A DNA stretch of 64,000 nt. It comes from Vairimorpha necatrix (taxonomy: Eukaryota). The stretch covers positions 496,001 through 560,000 of the forward strand of contig CP142731.1 in the NCBI GenBank assembly GCA_036630325.1. The letters are read 5' to 3'. Shown one piece after another: positions 63,613 through 64,000 of the stretch (position 1 is the first letter of the stretch; the number at the start of each line of letters is the position of its first letter). The notes under the pieces were generated by a model. It was not told the origin of the DNA. It made no database searches and saw only the letters and a list, made by a program, of their open reading frames with translations. Made by a program: the position numbers and the translations under genes.

Positions 63613-64000
63613 GAGATGATGATAGAGAATCACTCAAAAGAATATGTAGAACTAAAGGATAAACCCTCCGATGTTCCAAATGATACCAGTAGCGAAACCC
63701 TTCAGTTAGCTACTGGAAACAATGATATTTCTAAATTAGAAATCATCAATGAAGATGTTTTAATTAATGTCAAAAATCTCCCATCTGCTGTCATAAATCT
63801 CGACACTGCTGTCAAAGTAGAAGAACAAGATAAATTGTCAGAAGATGGCAAAAGAAAATGTATAGATGTTTCAAAGGCATCTACAGATATTATAATTAAT
63901 AAAAATATTAAACCAAAAGATGGTAAGCTAGATATAGCTTCCATTAACAAAAAAGCAGTAGTTAGACATCTGTCAACTATCTCTGCTATTATAGCTGGTA
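63613..64000 (+). pseudogene. Continuation of the interrupted older LINE ORF1
   Basis: Paralogous to ~58280 onward; runs off the window. Confidence 0.85.

Noticed and set aside
55175-64000. HeT-A/TART-like telomere-extending array
   Set aside because: TSDs show internal insertion, no telomeric repeats are visible, and the sense orientation is opposite to end-primed addition if the telomere lies to the right.

Overview
AT-rich eukaryotic DNA from a microsporidian. The reduced SSU rRNA and fused 5.8S-LSU rRNA match Vairimorpha/Nosema (V. necatrix-like, from recall, not a database search). Positions 1-44.5 kb are a nested transposon pile: Ty3/Gypsy LTR elements (two with 49-bp and 68-bp LTRs), autonomous and non-autonomous Helitrons in head-to-tail arrays, Merlin DNA transposons and an R4-like RT relic. 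One host gene follows (EnP1-like spore wall protein, frameshifted), then an AT-rich spacer and one rRNA operon (51381-55145). About 30 nt past the LSU end is the most notable system: a nested, same-strand cluster of an APE-type LINE and a ~500-bp non-autonomous partner. The partner starts with an HDV-like (CPEB3-type) ribozyme fold, shares the LINE's 3' UTR and T-rich tail, and two copies are flanked by 15-16 bp TSDs and begin exactly at the predicted cleavage site. Many frameshifts sit in homopolymers and may be assembly errors. All structures were read by eye.
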